Below, piece by piece: positions 16,283 to 26,208 of a stretch of 64,000 bases of DNA (the stretch's first letter is position 1; every line of letters starts with the position of its first letter). The stretch covers positions 19,564 through 83,563 of the forward strand of contig JAYFNY010000044.1 in assembly GCA_034933205.1 (NCBI GenBank), written 5' to 3'. This stretch comes from Eubacteriales bacterium (GTDB lineage Bacteria; Bacillota; Clostridia; Christensenellales; CAG-138). The notes beneath the pieces are model-generated. The model did not search any database. It was not told where the DNA came from and was given only the letters and a program-made list of their open reading frames with translations. Made by a program: the position numbers and the translations under genes.

Positions 16283-17563
16283 ATGAAAACACGGAGACGA
16301 ATCATCCTGATAATGTTGGCTGTTCTGCTGGCCGTCGGGGCTTTCGGCTGCAGTTTCAGCGTTAGTACCGCAAAGATCAACGACGCAATCATGACCGACT
16401 CTGTCGATGCGGATGGCAAACCCGGGAACACCGTAACCAGTTACCCCGCAGACGCATCCGCTTTATACTCGTCCGCTATTCTAAACCATGCGCCGGATAA
16501 CACACAGGTACGCATCGTATGGATCTATGCTTCGACCGGCGAAACGATCGACGAGGTCATCGTTGACAGCGGAAACATTTCGGATCGCTATATTTATTCG
16601 TCAATCGAGCCAGGCGGCTTGATGCCGGAAGGGGATTACGAAGTTCGGTATTTTGTGGACGAACGGGAGGATCCGGATGCGACGGTGAAATTTAAAATCA
16701 TCCCCGTCGAGCAGGAAGCCGTTCCCCAAAGCGTGCAGCAGGCATATCTGGAAGACGCCCACATGACTTCGGAATTTGACTCGGAAGGCAAGCCTGTTGA
16801 TACGATCGATACCGTCAAGCCGATAGGGATTTGGTATGTTTCCGCAATTTTACGCAACACACAACCGGATACCTATATTCGGTTCGTATGGTATGATACG
16901 CAAGGAAACGTTATAGACGACTACAATCTGGATCCACAGGGTCAAACGGATATTTATATCAGCGGAACAATGGAGCTGACGGCGGTCGCGCCGGAAGGCG
17001 TGTATTGGGTCGAGCTGTATATCAACGAAAACGAGACGCCCGCGGCGCAGGTTCAATTTACCGTCAGCGATGTTGACGCATCCACAGCGGCGAATCTTGG
17101 CGATTTTAAACAGTTTACCATGGACGAAGCGGGATTTACGCTGAAGTATCCGAACGGCTGGAAATCCATTGAGATGAGGGAGAGCAACTCGGCTGCGTTT
17201 TATCCGGAGGAATACCAAATCCAGAACGAGAACGATCTGAACGTTGTGGTCGTGGTTGCACTTAAGGATTATGCGCAGGGTTATACGGTCGAAGAATTCC
17301 AGCAGGGATGGATCCGGTCCACAGAAGAAAAAGGATATGAAAACTACACAAAACTCAGCGATGCCATCGATTCGGTCAATGGCAGAGAGATGGCGTCCTA
17401 CGTATACAGCTGGACGCGCGATGGATATAACCTTTATACGATGGATTTTATTACGATGGAAAGCGCGGACGTCTTTGTAATCACCTTTACTGCAACGGAA
17501 GGAGATATCGACGCATTGTATCCGTATGTGGAAGCGATGGTTCTTTCGTTTGACATCAAGTAG
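16283..17563 (+). CDS. lipoprotein with two tandem homologous domains plus a C-terminal domain, function unknown
   Basis: Start set at MKTRRRIILIMLAVLLAVGAFGC (lipobox) after AAAGGAG. The internal duplication is visible by eye. Confidence 0.6.
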   Translation: MKTRRRIILIMLAVLLAVGAFGCSFSVSTAKINDAIMTDSVDADGKPGNTVTSYPADASALYSSAILNHAPDNTQVRIVWIYASTGETIDEVIVDSGNISDRYIYSSIEPGGLMPEGDYEVRYFVDEREDPDATVKFKIIPVEQEAVPQSVQQAYLEDAHMTSEFDSEGKPVDTIDTVKPIGIWYVSAILRNTQPDTYIRFVWYDTQGNVIDDYNLDPQGQTDIYISGTMELTAVAPEGVYWVELYINENETPAAQVQFTVSDVDASTAANLGDFKQFTMDEAGFTLKYPNGWKSIEMRESNSAAFYPEEYQIQNENDLNVVVVVALKDYAQGYTVEEFQQGWIRSTEEKGYENYTKLSDAIDSVNGREMASYVYSWTRDGYNLYTMDFITMESADVFVITFTATEGDIDALYPYVEAMVLSFDIK

Positions 17564-17584
17564 AAAATCCGTAACCAGACTTTT

Positions 17585-17617
17585 GCGCGCCGAATGGAAA
17601 ACGGCGCGCCTTTTTTT
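17585..17617 (+). terminator. rho-independent terminator
   Basis: gcgcgccg-loop-cggcgcgc followed by c plus seven T. Confidence 0.85.
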
Positions 17618-17698
17618 CATTTTGCCGGAATGGACAACCCGACAAAAAGTGTGCTATGATCCATAAGACAATCAAAACAAGGAAAGAAGACACACATT

Positions 17699-18160
17699 TT
17701 GACGGTAGAAGAAAAAGCGGTTTTAGCTAGGAGTTACTTTGAAAACGGATATAATTGCGCGCAGTCTGTGTTGCTTGCATTCTGTGAGGAGACGGGGCTC
17801 GACCAGCGGACGGCAGCAAAGCTGGCATCGCCTTTTGGCGGCGGAATGGGACGTTTACGTGAGGTTTGCGGCGCGGTAAGCGGAATGTTAATGGCGGAGG
17901 GGCTGCTCAGAGGCTATGACGATCCGAAGGCGCAGGATCAAAAAGCCGAGCTGTATCAGGAGGTTCGTGCCTTGGCGGAAGAGTTCAAGAAGAAAAATCA
18001 TTCCATGATTTGCAGGGACTTGCTGATTGGTGTGGAGACCACGCCGGGAGGTGTTCCGGAAGCGCGTACGCAGGATTATTACGAACGTCGCCCGTGTTCC
18101 GCTTATGTGGAAGACGCGGCGAGGATTTTTGCAGGCGCAATCGGACTGCCTCGCGAATGA
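17699..18160 (+). CDS. C_GCAxxG_C_C family protein
   Basis: 153 aa. NCAQSV near the N-terminus, CGAVSG in the middle, Cys residues near the C-terminus. TTG start with a weak SD, so the start is uncertain. Confidence 0.65.
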   Translation: MTVEEKAVLARSYFENGYNCAQSVLLAFCEETGLDQRTAAKLASPFGGGMGRLREVCGAVSGMLMAEGLLRGYDDPKAQDQKAELYQEVRALAEEFKKKNHSMICRDLLIGVETTPGGVPEARTQDYYERRPCSAYVEDAARIFAGAIGLPRE

Positions 18161-18182
18161 AAGATTAGGAACGGGGAGAAGA

Positions 18183-18716
18183 ATGCCGATCTTTGCACAG
18201 GGAGTTACCAAGAATAAGCTTTCAATTCTATATTATGCTCGCGCGTCAAAAATGGAGATTACGCGAGAACAGCTTTATCGCGTCATGGTGGAGAACGACG
18301 TAATGAGCTATTTCGATTACCAGAGTTGCATGCATGAACTCGAAGAAGACGCGTTTATTGCCGCCGTTCCGCGTGCCTATGGGCAAGCTTACCGCGTTTC
18401 CGTTCGTGGGGCAGACGTACTGGATCAATTTGTGGAGAGTCTTCCGGTATCCCTGCGTGAGAAACTGGAGCATTACGCACGGGAACACCGGGAAGAAATG
18501 CTTTTGGAGACACAGATGATTTCCGACATGGAGGAACTGCCCTCCGGAGGGTATTTGGTTCGTATGCGTGCGCTGGAACAAAACGCCGTGATCATGGAAC
18601 TTACGCTTCGGGTAGCAACGCGTGATATGGCGCAGCGCTTGCGTTCAAACTGGGAAAAGGAATCCGAACCGCTGTATACATACCTGCTCACTTCGCTTCT
18701 TAAGTCCGAGGAATGA
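18183..18716 (+). CDS. DUF4364-family protein (PadR-like winged helix)
   Basis: 177 aa starting MPIFAQGVTKNKLSILYYA. Start chosen after GGGGAGAAGA. The upstream part of the track ORF overlaps the previous gene. Confidence 0.55.
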   Translation: MPIFAQGVTKNKLSILYYARASKMEITREQLYRVMVENDVMSYFDYQSCMHELEEDAFIAAVPRAYGQAYRVSVRGADVLDQFVESLPVSLREKLEHYAREHREEMLLETQMISDMEELPSGGYLVRMRALEQNAVIMELTLRVATRDMAQRLRSNWEKESEPLYTYLLTSLLKSEE

Positions 18717-18793
18717 AGGGAACCAGGAAGTTGGATATGAGATTCTTCTCAAGTGCGGTGTTGTTTGGTTTCTTCATAAAAGTTGAAAAACAT

Positions 18794-18830
18794 GGGAAAT
18801 AAAAAAGGCCGATGGCCTTTTTTATTTCCC
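18794..18830. terminator. bidirectional terminator (17-bp perfect stem) shared by the DUF4364 gene and rpe
   Basis: gggaaataaaaaaggcc-gat-ggccttttttatttccc. It includes the last codons of rpe. Confidence 0.85.
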
Positions 18831-19472
18831 GCAGCGCAGTTGCTGTATCATATAGGCGGGATCCTGAGCGTGAAAAACCGCACTTCCCGCGACCAGTATG
18901 GTTGCGCCGGCATCGATACAGCGCTTTGCGGTTTCCGGATTGATTCCTCCGTCCACTTCGATATCCGTATGCAGACCTTTCGCGTCGATCATCCAGCGCA
19001 GTTCGGAGATTTTTTCCAGCGATTCGGGTATGAATTGCTGCCCGCCGAAACCGGGGTTCACGGACATAACAAGAACAAGGTCGCAAAATGGCAGGACTTC
19101 TTTTACGGCAACGGCGGGTGTGCCGGGGTTGAGCACCACGCCGGCTTTACAGCCGCCCTCGTGGATCTGCTGAAGCGCGCGATGAAGGTGCCTCTCCGCT
19201 TCAACGTGAAGCGTTATGACGTTCGCTCCGGCCTGAAGAAACAACGGAACGAAACGCGTTGGGTCTTCGACCATCAGGTGAACGTCGATGGGGAGCTCGG
19301 TTTTCGGCCGGATGGCGGAGCATACGACCGGCCCGAACGACATATTCGGGACGAAGTGGCCGTCCATCACGTCGAAGTGAATCCAATCTGCGTTCCATTC
19401 TTTCAGCAGTTCAATATCGCGACCCAGATTTGTAAAGTCGGCGGACAGAATGGAAGGCGCAATCTTAATCAT
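18822..19472 (-). CDS. rpe: ribulose-phosphate 3-epimerase
   Basis: MIKIAPSILSADF, HFDVMDGHFVPN and VMSVNPGFGGQ motifs. Start set at 19472, overlapping the rsgA stop. Confidence 0.9.
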   Translation of the reverse strand: MIKIAPSILSADFTNLGRDIELLKEWNADWIHFDVMDGHFVPNMSFGPVVCSAIRPKTELPIDVHLMVEDPTRFVPLFLQAGANVITLHVEAERHLHRALQQIHEGGCKAGVVLNPGTPAVAVKEVLPFCDLVLVMSVNPGFGGQQFIPESLEKISELRWMIDAKGLHTDIEVDGGINPETAKRCIDAGATILVAGSAVFHAQDPAYMIQQLRCGK

Positions 19473-20337
19473 AACGGTGTTTTCTCCTTTGTTCGATCTC
19501 TTGTGAAAGTTCCACGTATCGTGCATAACGCGTTCGCGTTAATCTACCATCGTTCAGCAATTCTTTGACGGCGCAGTCAGGTTCCGAAATATGGCGGCAA
19601 CCGGTAAACCGGCAGTTACGAAAGACTTCCGAAAATTCCGGCCAGCTTTCGTTCAGCTCGGCCTGCGAGAGTTCCTCCAACTCAAACAGAGAAAACCCGG
19701 GCGTATCAAGTACCGCGCCGCCTAAAAGAGGCCAAAGCTCCGCCTGCCTTGTGGTGTGGCGTCCGCGCGCGGTTTTCTTGGCAAGATCACCGGTTTCCAG
19801 CGAGAGTTCCGGGAAAAGCGCGTTGAGAAGAGACGATTTTCCAACGGCGGACTGTCCGGCGAAACAGGATACCTTTCCTTGAAGAGCATCCGTTAAACGA
19901 TCCAGCCCTTCGCCCGTGTGGGAGGAAACAAGCAGCGTTCGAAACAGGGCGTAATCGCTTTGGAACATGGCGACGACCGAATCATCGCCGGAATCAATCT
20001 TGTTGAGCAGCAGGAGCGGTTCAATTCGGAGCGTATGCGCCTGCAAAAGAAGCTTGTCCGCTAGAATCCAATCGGGTTTGGGAACGCTTGCGGAAATGAC
20101 AATAACAAGCTGGTCTATATTTGAAACGGGCGGGCGAAGAAGCGCGTTTTTTCGCGGGAGCAGTTCGTCCAAAGAAGCGAATCCGGTATCGGGCGTCGAT
20201 ATTTCAACAAGATCGCCAACCATGGGGGTGAGATTTTCGTTTCGAAAACGTCCGCGTGCTTTGCAGGTTACGATTGTGTTATCGGGGAGCAGTACACTGT
20301 AGAATCCGCCGATTCCTCTGATAATTCGACCTTGCAT
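19465..20337 (-). CDS. rsgA: ribosome small-subunit-dependent GTPase A
   Basis: 290 aa. OB-fold N-terminus, circularly permuted GTPase (LLNKID, GQSAVGKSSL) and a C-terminal Cys/His zinc knuckle (CRFTGCRHISEPDC). Confidence 0.9.
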   Translation of the reverse strand: MQGRIIRGIGGFYSVLLPDNTIVTCKARGRFRNENLTPMVGDLVEISTPDTGFASLDELLPRKNALLRPPVSNIDQLVIVISASVPKPDWILADKLLLQAHTLRIEPLLLLNKIDSGDDSVVAMFQSDYALFRTLLVSSHTGEGLDRLTDALQGKVSCFAGQSAVGKSSLLNALFPELSLETGDLAKKTARGRHTTRQAELWPLLGGAVLDTPGFSLFELEELSQAELNESWPEFSEVFRNCRFTGCRHISEPDCAVKELLNDGRLTRTRYARYVELSQEIEQRRKHRYD

Positions 20338-20343
20338 CTTGTA

Positions 20344-22218
20344 TCAGGACTCCTTTGCGGTAAACGTGAAGTCCTGCTGTTTGACTTCCTTTCCATCGCA
20401 GAAAAGGATCACTTCGCGCGTTCCTTCCACATCGGAGTATGCGGTAAACGAAACGGGTACTTTTTCGCCTTTTTCAAGTGTGTCTTCGAAAAGGATCCGG
20501 TAATACGACAGTCCGTTATATGCTTCCTGCATCACGGCAACGACTTTGGTACCGCTGCTGTCAACGTCCACATTAAACGCAATGTCCGCTTCAAAGTCAT
20601 AGGTCGGCTTACCGCAAACGGTTAGAGTTACGGGCGTTTCCGGAAGGACTTGGGTGCCGGGCAGAGGATCCTGCAGATAGACGACGCCGTCTTCAACGAT
20701 ATCCGAATCCGCATAACGAATAAAAAGATTGTTAAATGAAGCAAGCCTCAACTGATCGAGGATCAGATTGAGCGGCTGATCCATGGCATACGGCATTTCA
20801 AACGTGGTCTCGGAAGACGCGCTGATCACGATATCGACCGTCTGCCCGTTTGTTGTTTCCGTTTCCGGCGGCAGCGATTGCTCGCAGACATAACCGATGG
20901 CAACTTCTGAAATCCGGTATGTGACCGACCCGAGCATAAGTCCGCTTTCCTGCAGCGCATGTCGCGCTTCATCCGGAGAAAGGCCGATCAGATTCGGTAC
21001 GGTGGGAGAAGCGGGCCCAAGACTGACGATGCCGTAGATTGTGGTACCGTGTTTGGCTTTGGTTCCGGCTTCCGGTGTCTGATAAATAATATTTCCGCTT
21101 ACAACGGAATCGTTGTACTCATAGTCCTGAATATCAAAAGAAAAGCCGAAGTTCTCCACCTTCTGGCGCGCATCATCCAAAGAGCGGTCCACAATGGTGG
21201 GGACAACTTCAAACGACGCTTCGTCGCTTTGATATGCACCGCGTAAAACCAAAAAAATACCGATCAACATTAGAACGATTGCGGCAACGGCAACGCCGAT
21301 CTTGAGCGTACCATGCGGGCGTTTTTTCACTGGTTTTTTTGGTGAGGCCGGTTTCGATGCTGTTGGGCCGAAACGAGCAAAATCGCCCGTTGGCTCCTTG
21401 AGCGCGCGTCGGAGATGATCGCTCATATCCGAGGCGGAAGCGTAGCGGCGATTGATGTCTTTATTCAGAGAACGGAGAATAATATCGTTCAGCGCCGGCG
21501 TAACCTTCGCGTTCAGCTCGATCGGTGGTTTTGGAATATCGCTGATGTGTTTCAGCGCAATGGCTACGGAGTTTTCTCCGTCAAACGGGACTTTTCCGGT
21601 GAGCATTTCATAGAGCATTATACCGGTGGAATAGATATCGCTTCCTTCGGCGACGGGGAGTCCCTTCGCCTGTTCGGGAGAAAGATAATGCACGGAACCA
21701 AGCACGGTGGATCCGGTAAAGGTAACCGTGTTGGCATTAACTTCGCGGGCGATGCCAAAGTCCATGAGCTTAACTTTGCCGCTTTGCATAACGATAACGT
21801 TCTGCGGCTTCACGTCCCGGTGTATGATGCCGGCCGCATGCGCGGCGCCTAACGCATCAAGCACCTGAACGACCAACGCAACCGCGATGCGCGGAGGCAT
21901 CGGTCCGTTCTCGTCCAAAATTTCTTTCAGCGTTTTGCCATCGACGAACTCCAGAACTATATAAGGAAGGCCATCCGTTTCGCCTACGTCGTAAGCGCGG
22001 ACGATGTTCTCGTGGGAAAGATGTAAAACAGCGCGTGCTTCGCGCTCGAATCGGCGAAGAAACTCCGCGTCGTTTCGAAATTCGTCCTTCAAAACTTTGA
22101 TGGCGACCGCTTTACGGCTGGATAAGTTGATGGCGCGATAGACATGCGCCATACCGCCGGTTCCGATTAACTCGACAATGCGATAGCGATGACCAACAAT
22201 GGTACCGGATGCGATCAT
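20344..22218 (-). CDS. prkC: Ser/Thr protein kinase with extracellular PASTA repeats
   Basis: Hanks kinase motifs (GTGGMAHVY, HRDVKPQN, DFGIA), one TM segment, PASTA-like repeats and an extra C-terminal domain. Confidence 0.9.
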   Translation of the reverse strand: MIASGTIVGHRYRIVELIGTGGMAHVYRAINLSSRKAVAIKVLKDEFRNDAEFLRRFEREARAVLHLSHENIVRAYDVGETDGLPYIVLEFVDGKTLKEILDENGPMPPRIAVALVVQVLDALGAAHAAGIIHRDVKPQNVIVMQSGKVKLMDFGIAREVNANTVTFTGSTVLGSVHYLSPEQAKGLPVAEGSDIYSTGIMLYEMLTGKVPFDGENSVAIALKHISDIPKPPIELNAKVTPALNDIILRSLNKDINRRYASASDMSDHLRRALKEPTGDFARFGPTASKPASPKKPVKKRPHGTLKIGVAVAAIVLMLIGIFLVLRGAYQSDEASFEVVPTIVDRSLDDARQKVENFGFSFDIQDYEYNDSVVSGNIIYQTPEAGTKAKHGTTIYGIVSLGPASPTVPNLIGLSPDEARHALQESGLMLGSVTYRISEVAIGYVCEQSLPPETETTNGQTVDIVISASSETTFEMPYAMDQPLNLILDQLRLASFNNLFIRYADSDIVEDGVVYLQDPLPGTQVLPETPVTLTVCGKPTYDFEADIAFNVDVDSSGTKVVAVMQEAYNGLSYYRILFEDTLEKGEKVPVSFTAYSDVEGTREVILFCDGKEVKQQDFTFTAKES

Positions 22219-22946
22219 GCGAGGTCACCTTCCTCGCAACGGACTAAAATGAGAGTGATGTTATCGGTTCCGCCATTGCTGAGCGCAGTTTGCACCAATA
22301 CGTCGCACATTTCTTCCAGCGTGCGCTCCGATGATAGAACCTCGGAGATTTCGTTCTCTTCCAGCGCGCCGTGAAGCCCGTCCGAACAGAGCAGAAGGAT
22401 ATCGTCAACGTTCCACTCGCGTTCAAATACGTCGATATCGACAAGCGGCGAAAGGCCGACCGCTCGCGTGATAATATTGCGCCGCGGATGAAACCGCGCT
22501 TCTTCGCGTGTGATCAGACCCGAGAGTACGAGCTGCTCCACAAGGGAGTGGTCGATTGTGACGCGTTCGAGTGTTTTTCCATTAAAATAATAGATACGGC
22601 TGTCGCCGACATTCGCCGCGAGGTAGTTTTTCCCCAGGATCAATGCGGAAACGAGCGTTGTTCCCATGCCTCGCAGCGTATGATCCTTTTCGGCAGCCTC
22701 AAAAACGGATAAATTCGCGTGTTCTACGGCAGATTTCAACTGCTCCAACTCATGTTCTTTGGTAAAAACGACGTCCTGTGAGCCAAGAGTTTCTACCGCA
22801 ATATTGCTTGCAACGGCGCCCGCCGCGTGGCCGCCCATTCCGTCGGCAACAGAAAAAAGCAGCGGGGGAGTCTCGCCTTTGGGAAGGAGAAAGCTATCCT
22901 CGTTGTGCGCACGCTTGCCGATGTCAGTTTTCGCCGCGTATTTCAT
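22215..22946 (-). CDS. prpC: PP2C-family Ser/Thr phosphatase
   Basis: 243 aa. NEDSF, ADGMGGH and GGTDNIT motifs. Its stop overlaps the prkC start. Confidence 0.9.
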   Translation of the reverse strand: MKYAAKTDIGKRAHNEDSFLLPKGETPPLLFSVADGMGGHAAGAVASNIAVETLGSQDVVFTKEHELEQLKSAVEHANLSVFEAAEKDHTLRGMGTTLVSALILGKNYLAANVGDSRIYYFNGKTLERVTIDHSLVEQLVLSGLITREEARFHPRRNIITRAVGLSPLVDIDVFEREWNVDDILLLCSDGLHGALEENEISEVLSSERTLEEMCDVLVQTALSNGGTDNITLILVRCEEGDLA

Positions 22947-23973
22947 GCAGTATCCTCCTGCGCAGTTGCCCGCAAGCGCCTTCGATGTCCGTTCCCATTT
23001 CTCGACGGACGGTTGCGGAAATATTTCTTTCGGTGAGCCGCTGGCAAAAGCGGTCCGCCTCGGAACGAGTCACGCCCGCAAGCCCACGTTCCGGTACGGG
23101 ATTGAGCGGGATGAGATTCACGTGGCAAAGGATGCCGCGCAGCCTCCTGCTTAACGCATCCGCGTCCTCTAAGGACGAATTTACGCCGCCGATCAGCGCA
23201 TATTCAAATACGATGCGCCGGCCGGTCGCTTCGGCATACCGCTTTGCCGCGGCGATTACTTCGCCGATCGGGTACGCCTTGTTGATTGGCATCAGGGAGG
23301 AACGCGTCTCGTCGTCGTGCGCATGCAGCGAGATCGAAAGCGTAACATGAGGCGCGTCCTGCAGGAAGGCGTCGATCTTCGGTACTATGCCGCAGGTGGA
23401 GATCGAGATATTGCGGGGGCTGATACGGAGGCCATCCTGCGCCGTGACTCGATTTAAAAATGAAACCACATTGTCGTAGTTATCCAGCGGTTCGCCGCTG
23501 CCCATGAGGACGAGGTTCGTAACCGTACGGTGGCCTGGTTCCGACGGCGGTTCATCGCGTTCCACCGCGAGAATCTGACCGAGCATTTCGCCGACGCGAA
23601 GGTTTCTTACGCAGCCTTCCAGTGTCGAAGCGCAGAACTTACAGCCCATATTGCATCCAACCTGTGTGGAAAGGCACAATGTATTACCATAATGATAGCG
23701 CATCAGCACGCCTTCCACAAGGTTTTCGTCTTCAAGACGGAAGAGGTACTTGACCGTACCGTCTTTTTCGGAAAGGAGTTTTCGCTCAATTTCGACTCCG
23801 CCGTAGGGAACGGATGCGAGTTTCTCACGCAGTGCAGCCGGAAGGTTTGTCATTTCGTTTGGACGCGCACCCTTATTAAGCCACTCGTACACCTGCTTTA
23901 TCCGGTACTTTGGCTCGTTCCAATCGTGTAAGAGAGCTTCCAACTCCTGTTTGTTTAAATCGGCTAAATACAT
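22924..23973 (-). CDS. rlmN: 23S rRNA/tRNA (adenine-C2)-methyltransferase, radical SAM
   Basis: 349 aa. CLSTQVGCNMGCKFCAS radical-SAM motif and a C-terminal GACGQL motif. Confidence 0.9.
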   Translation of the reverse strand: MYLADLNKQELEALLHDWNEPKYRIKQVYEWLNKGARPNEMTNLPAALREKLASVPYGGVEIERKLLSEKDGTVKYLFRLEDENLVEGVLMRYHYGNTLCLSTQVGCNMGCKFCASTLEGCVRNLRVGEMLGQILAVERDEPPSEPGHRTVTNLVLMGSGEPLDNYDNVVSFLNRVTAQDGLRISPRNISISTCGIVPKIDAFLQDAPHVTLSISLHAHDDETRSSLMPINKAYPIGEVIAAAKRYAEATGRRIVFEYALIGGVNSSLEDADALSRRLRGILCHVNLIPLNPVPERGLAGVTRSEADRFCQRLTERNISATVRREMGTDIEGACGQLRRRILHEIRGEN

Positions 23974-23977
23974 GATT

Positions 23978-25285
23978 TTACCTTGTTTCGTTCCTGTTTC
24001 CCGGCTGCGAGTTACTCGGAAGCCGCATACGGGCTATAAAGAATCCGTCGGTATCGTGAATCTGCGGGAGCAGTTGGATCTGGCCCTCGTTTTCGAGCGG
24101 AATCGGGATTTTCTCGAGAGAAAACTCCGAATGCGTTTGCAAAAAGGACTCGATCTGCGTCTCGTTTTCGCGGCACGAAATCGTACAGGTTGCGTAAATC
24201 AGGATTCCGCCAGGACGAACATAACGTGCGCAGGTATTCAGAATTTTCGCTTGAAGGCTGGCAAGCGCGGTTACGTCGGCATCCGATTTACTGTACCGGA
24301 TATCCGGCTTATCATTCAGCAAACCGAGGCCGCTGCACGGCGCGTCGATCAGTACGCCGTCAAAAACACGTTCGAAACGAGAATCGTATTCGGATGCATC
24401 CTTCAGGAACGTGCTCGCTTCAACGTGCATACGGAAAAGCGTTTTTTCCAGCAACTCCTTCCGGTGGGGATGCAGTTCAAAACAAGTCAGATCGACCTTG
24501 CCTTCTGCCAGACTGGCGAGATATGCGCTTTTGCCTCCAGGGGCGGCGCAGGCGTCAAGCACACGCATACCGGTCGGATCCCCGAGCGCGCGGCAGGCCA
24601 GCATTGCGCTTTCCCCCATAACGGTGCACTTGCCTTCCACAAATGGAGGGAACGATGCAATATCGAATCCGCGTTCCAGCCGGATCGAGTTCGAATCCCA
24701 GCGGTTCACTTCGCTTTTTACGGGAAGCGTACGCATAAGTTCCTCTCGCGAAAAGGGAAATTGCGCGCGAATTTCCATTGGAGAATCCGTGTGGCGCAGC
24801 AACGATTCCGTCTGCGATTCTCCATAGGCTTCGACCCATTCCGAAACAATCCATTCCGGATAGCTGTATTGAATGGAAAGACGCTGAGTCGGTTCCGAGG
24901 GAAAGGCGGGGAGACGATCCCTGTCCCGGTCGATCGAACGAAGCACTGCGTTGACGAATCCGCTCAAGCCGGACTTTCCAATCTCTTTTGTGAGCGCAAC
25001 GCTTTCGGAAACCGCCGCATGTGGCGGTGTGGAAAGGAAAAGCAGTTCGCATACGCCCATGCGAAGGATTCCGCGAATCGGCGGTTTCTGCGTGCCTTTC
25101 ACATAATGCGAAAGATAATAATCGATTGTAAGCAAGTGATCCAGCGTATGATAAACAAGCGCGGCGGCAAGTCTTGCCTCGCGCTCCGGAAGATTTGCAT
25201 GCAGCTGTTTCACGCTCAGATTCGCATAGGCACCGCGATCGGTAACATCGCAAAGCGCGACAAGCGCCTGTCTGCGTGTGCTCAC
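23978..25285 (-). CDS. rsmB: 16S rRNA (cytosine967-C5)-methyltransferase
   Basis: NusB-like N-terminus, DACAAPGGKS SAM motif, DAPCSG and TCT catalytic cysteines. GTG start overlaps the fmt stop (GTGA). The upstream 36 codons of the track ORF lie inside fmt. Confidence 0.85.
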   Translation of the reverse strand: MSTRRQALVALCDVTDRGAYANLSVKQLHANLPEREARLAAALVYHTLDHLLTIDYYLSHYVKGTQKPPIRGILRMGVCELLFLSTPPHAAVSESVALTKEIGKSGLSGFVNAVLRSIDRDRDRLPAFPSEPTQRLSIQYSYPEWIVSEWVEAYGESQTESLLRHTDSPMEIRAQFPFSREELMRTLPVKSEVNRWDSNSIRLERGFDIASFPPFVEGKCTVMGESAMLACRALGDPTGMRVLDACAAPGGKSAYLASLAEGKVDLTCFELHPHRKELLEKTLFRMHVEASTFLKDASEYDSRFERVFDGVLIDAPCSGLGLLNDKPDIRYSKSDADVTALASLQAKILNTCARYVRPGGILIYATCTISCRENETQIESFLQTHSEFSLEKIPIPLENEGQIQLLPQIHDTDGFFIARMRLPSNSQPGNRNETR

Positions 25286-26208
25286 AAAAGCACCTTTCCT
25301 TCCAGCGCTTTTCCGGCAAGAAATTCTTTCGCGGAGAGACGCTTTCCACTCACTGCCTGCAACTCCAAAATCTCCAGCCAGCCATCCGAGCACTGGACAA
25401 AAAGACCTACTTTTGAGTTTCCGCTCAGATAACCGTTTGCTTTTTTGCCATTCGGCTGCTCGGATTGTATGGTTCGATGGATTTTCAATGGTTCGCCATC
25501 CAATAGGGCATAAGCGCCGGGCCAGGGGTTCGTCCCGCGGACACGATTATGCACGGAAAGCGAGGAACCCGAAAAGTCAAGCTTGCCATGTTCTTTTTTC
25601 AGCATAGGGCACCGGGTTGCCTGCGATTCATCCTGCGGAATCCTTTGGAGCGTACCGGCTTCGAGTGCGGTAATGGTTCGACGAAGCGTTTCCGCCCCAA
25701 GCAGAGAAAGGCGATAGAATAATTCTCCCGCCGTTTCGTTTGTTTCGATTTTTACTCGATCCGTTAGCAGGATATCGCCGGTGTCCATACCGACGTCGGT
25801 CATCATGGTCGTGATGCCGGTTTCGGTTTCGCCGTTGATAATCGCCCACTGGATCGGTGCTGCGCCGCGATATTTCGGCAGGAGGGAGCCATGCACGTTG
25901 ATACAGCCAAACTTAGGGATCGAAAGGTTTTCCGCCGAGAGGATCTGTCCGAAGGCGGCTGTCACCATCAGATCCGGCGCAAACTCCCGTAAAGCCTGAA
26001 CGCCGTCCGGCAGGCGAATCTTCTCAAACTGAAAAACAGGAATGCCGCGTTCCTGCGCATAAGCTTTGGTTGGCGGTGGCGTTAAAACGGCATGCCGACC
26101 GACGGGACGATCCGGCTGCGTGAAAACAGCAAGCGAGTGCCCCTCGCAAAACAGCATGTCCAGCGAGGGGATCGCAAAATCCGGCGTTCCCAGGAAGGCA
26201 ATTTTCAT
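25282..26208 (-). CDS. fmt: methionyl-tRNA formyltransferase
   Basis: MKIAFLGTPDFAIPSL, NVHGSLLPKYRGAAPIQWAI. Confidence 0.95.
   Translation of the reverse strand: MKIAFLGTPDFAIPSLDMLFCEGHSLAVFTQPDRPVGRHAVLTPPPTKAYAQERGIPVFQFEKIRLPDGVQALREFAPDLMVTAAFGQILSAENLSIPKFGCINVHGSLLPKYRGAAPIQWAIINGETETGITTMMTDVGMDTGDILLTDRVKIETNETAGELFYRLSLLGAETLRRTITALEAGTLQRIPQDESQATRCPMLKKEHGKLDFSGSSLSVHNRVRGTNPWPGAYALLDGEPLKIHRTIQSEQPNGKKANGYLSGNSKVGLFVQCSDGWLEILELQAVSGKRLSAKEFLAGKALEGKVLL

Noticed and set aside
23951-25432. A 493-aa stop-free plus-strand ORF covering the whole rsmB locus.
   Set aside because: It is antisense to a gene with unmistakable RsmB motifs (DACAAPGGKS, DAPCSG) sitting in conserved fmt-rsmB-rlmN synteny. 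Its translation is Arg/Ala/Phe-rich low-complexity sequence with no recognisable domain and no SD. This is a typical shadow ORF of a GC-rich codon-biased gene.
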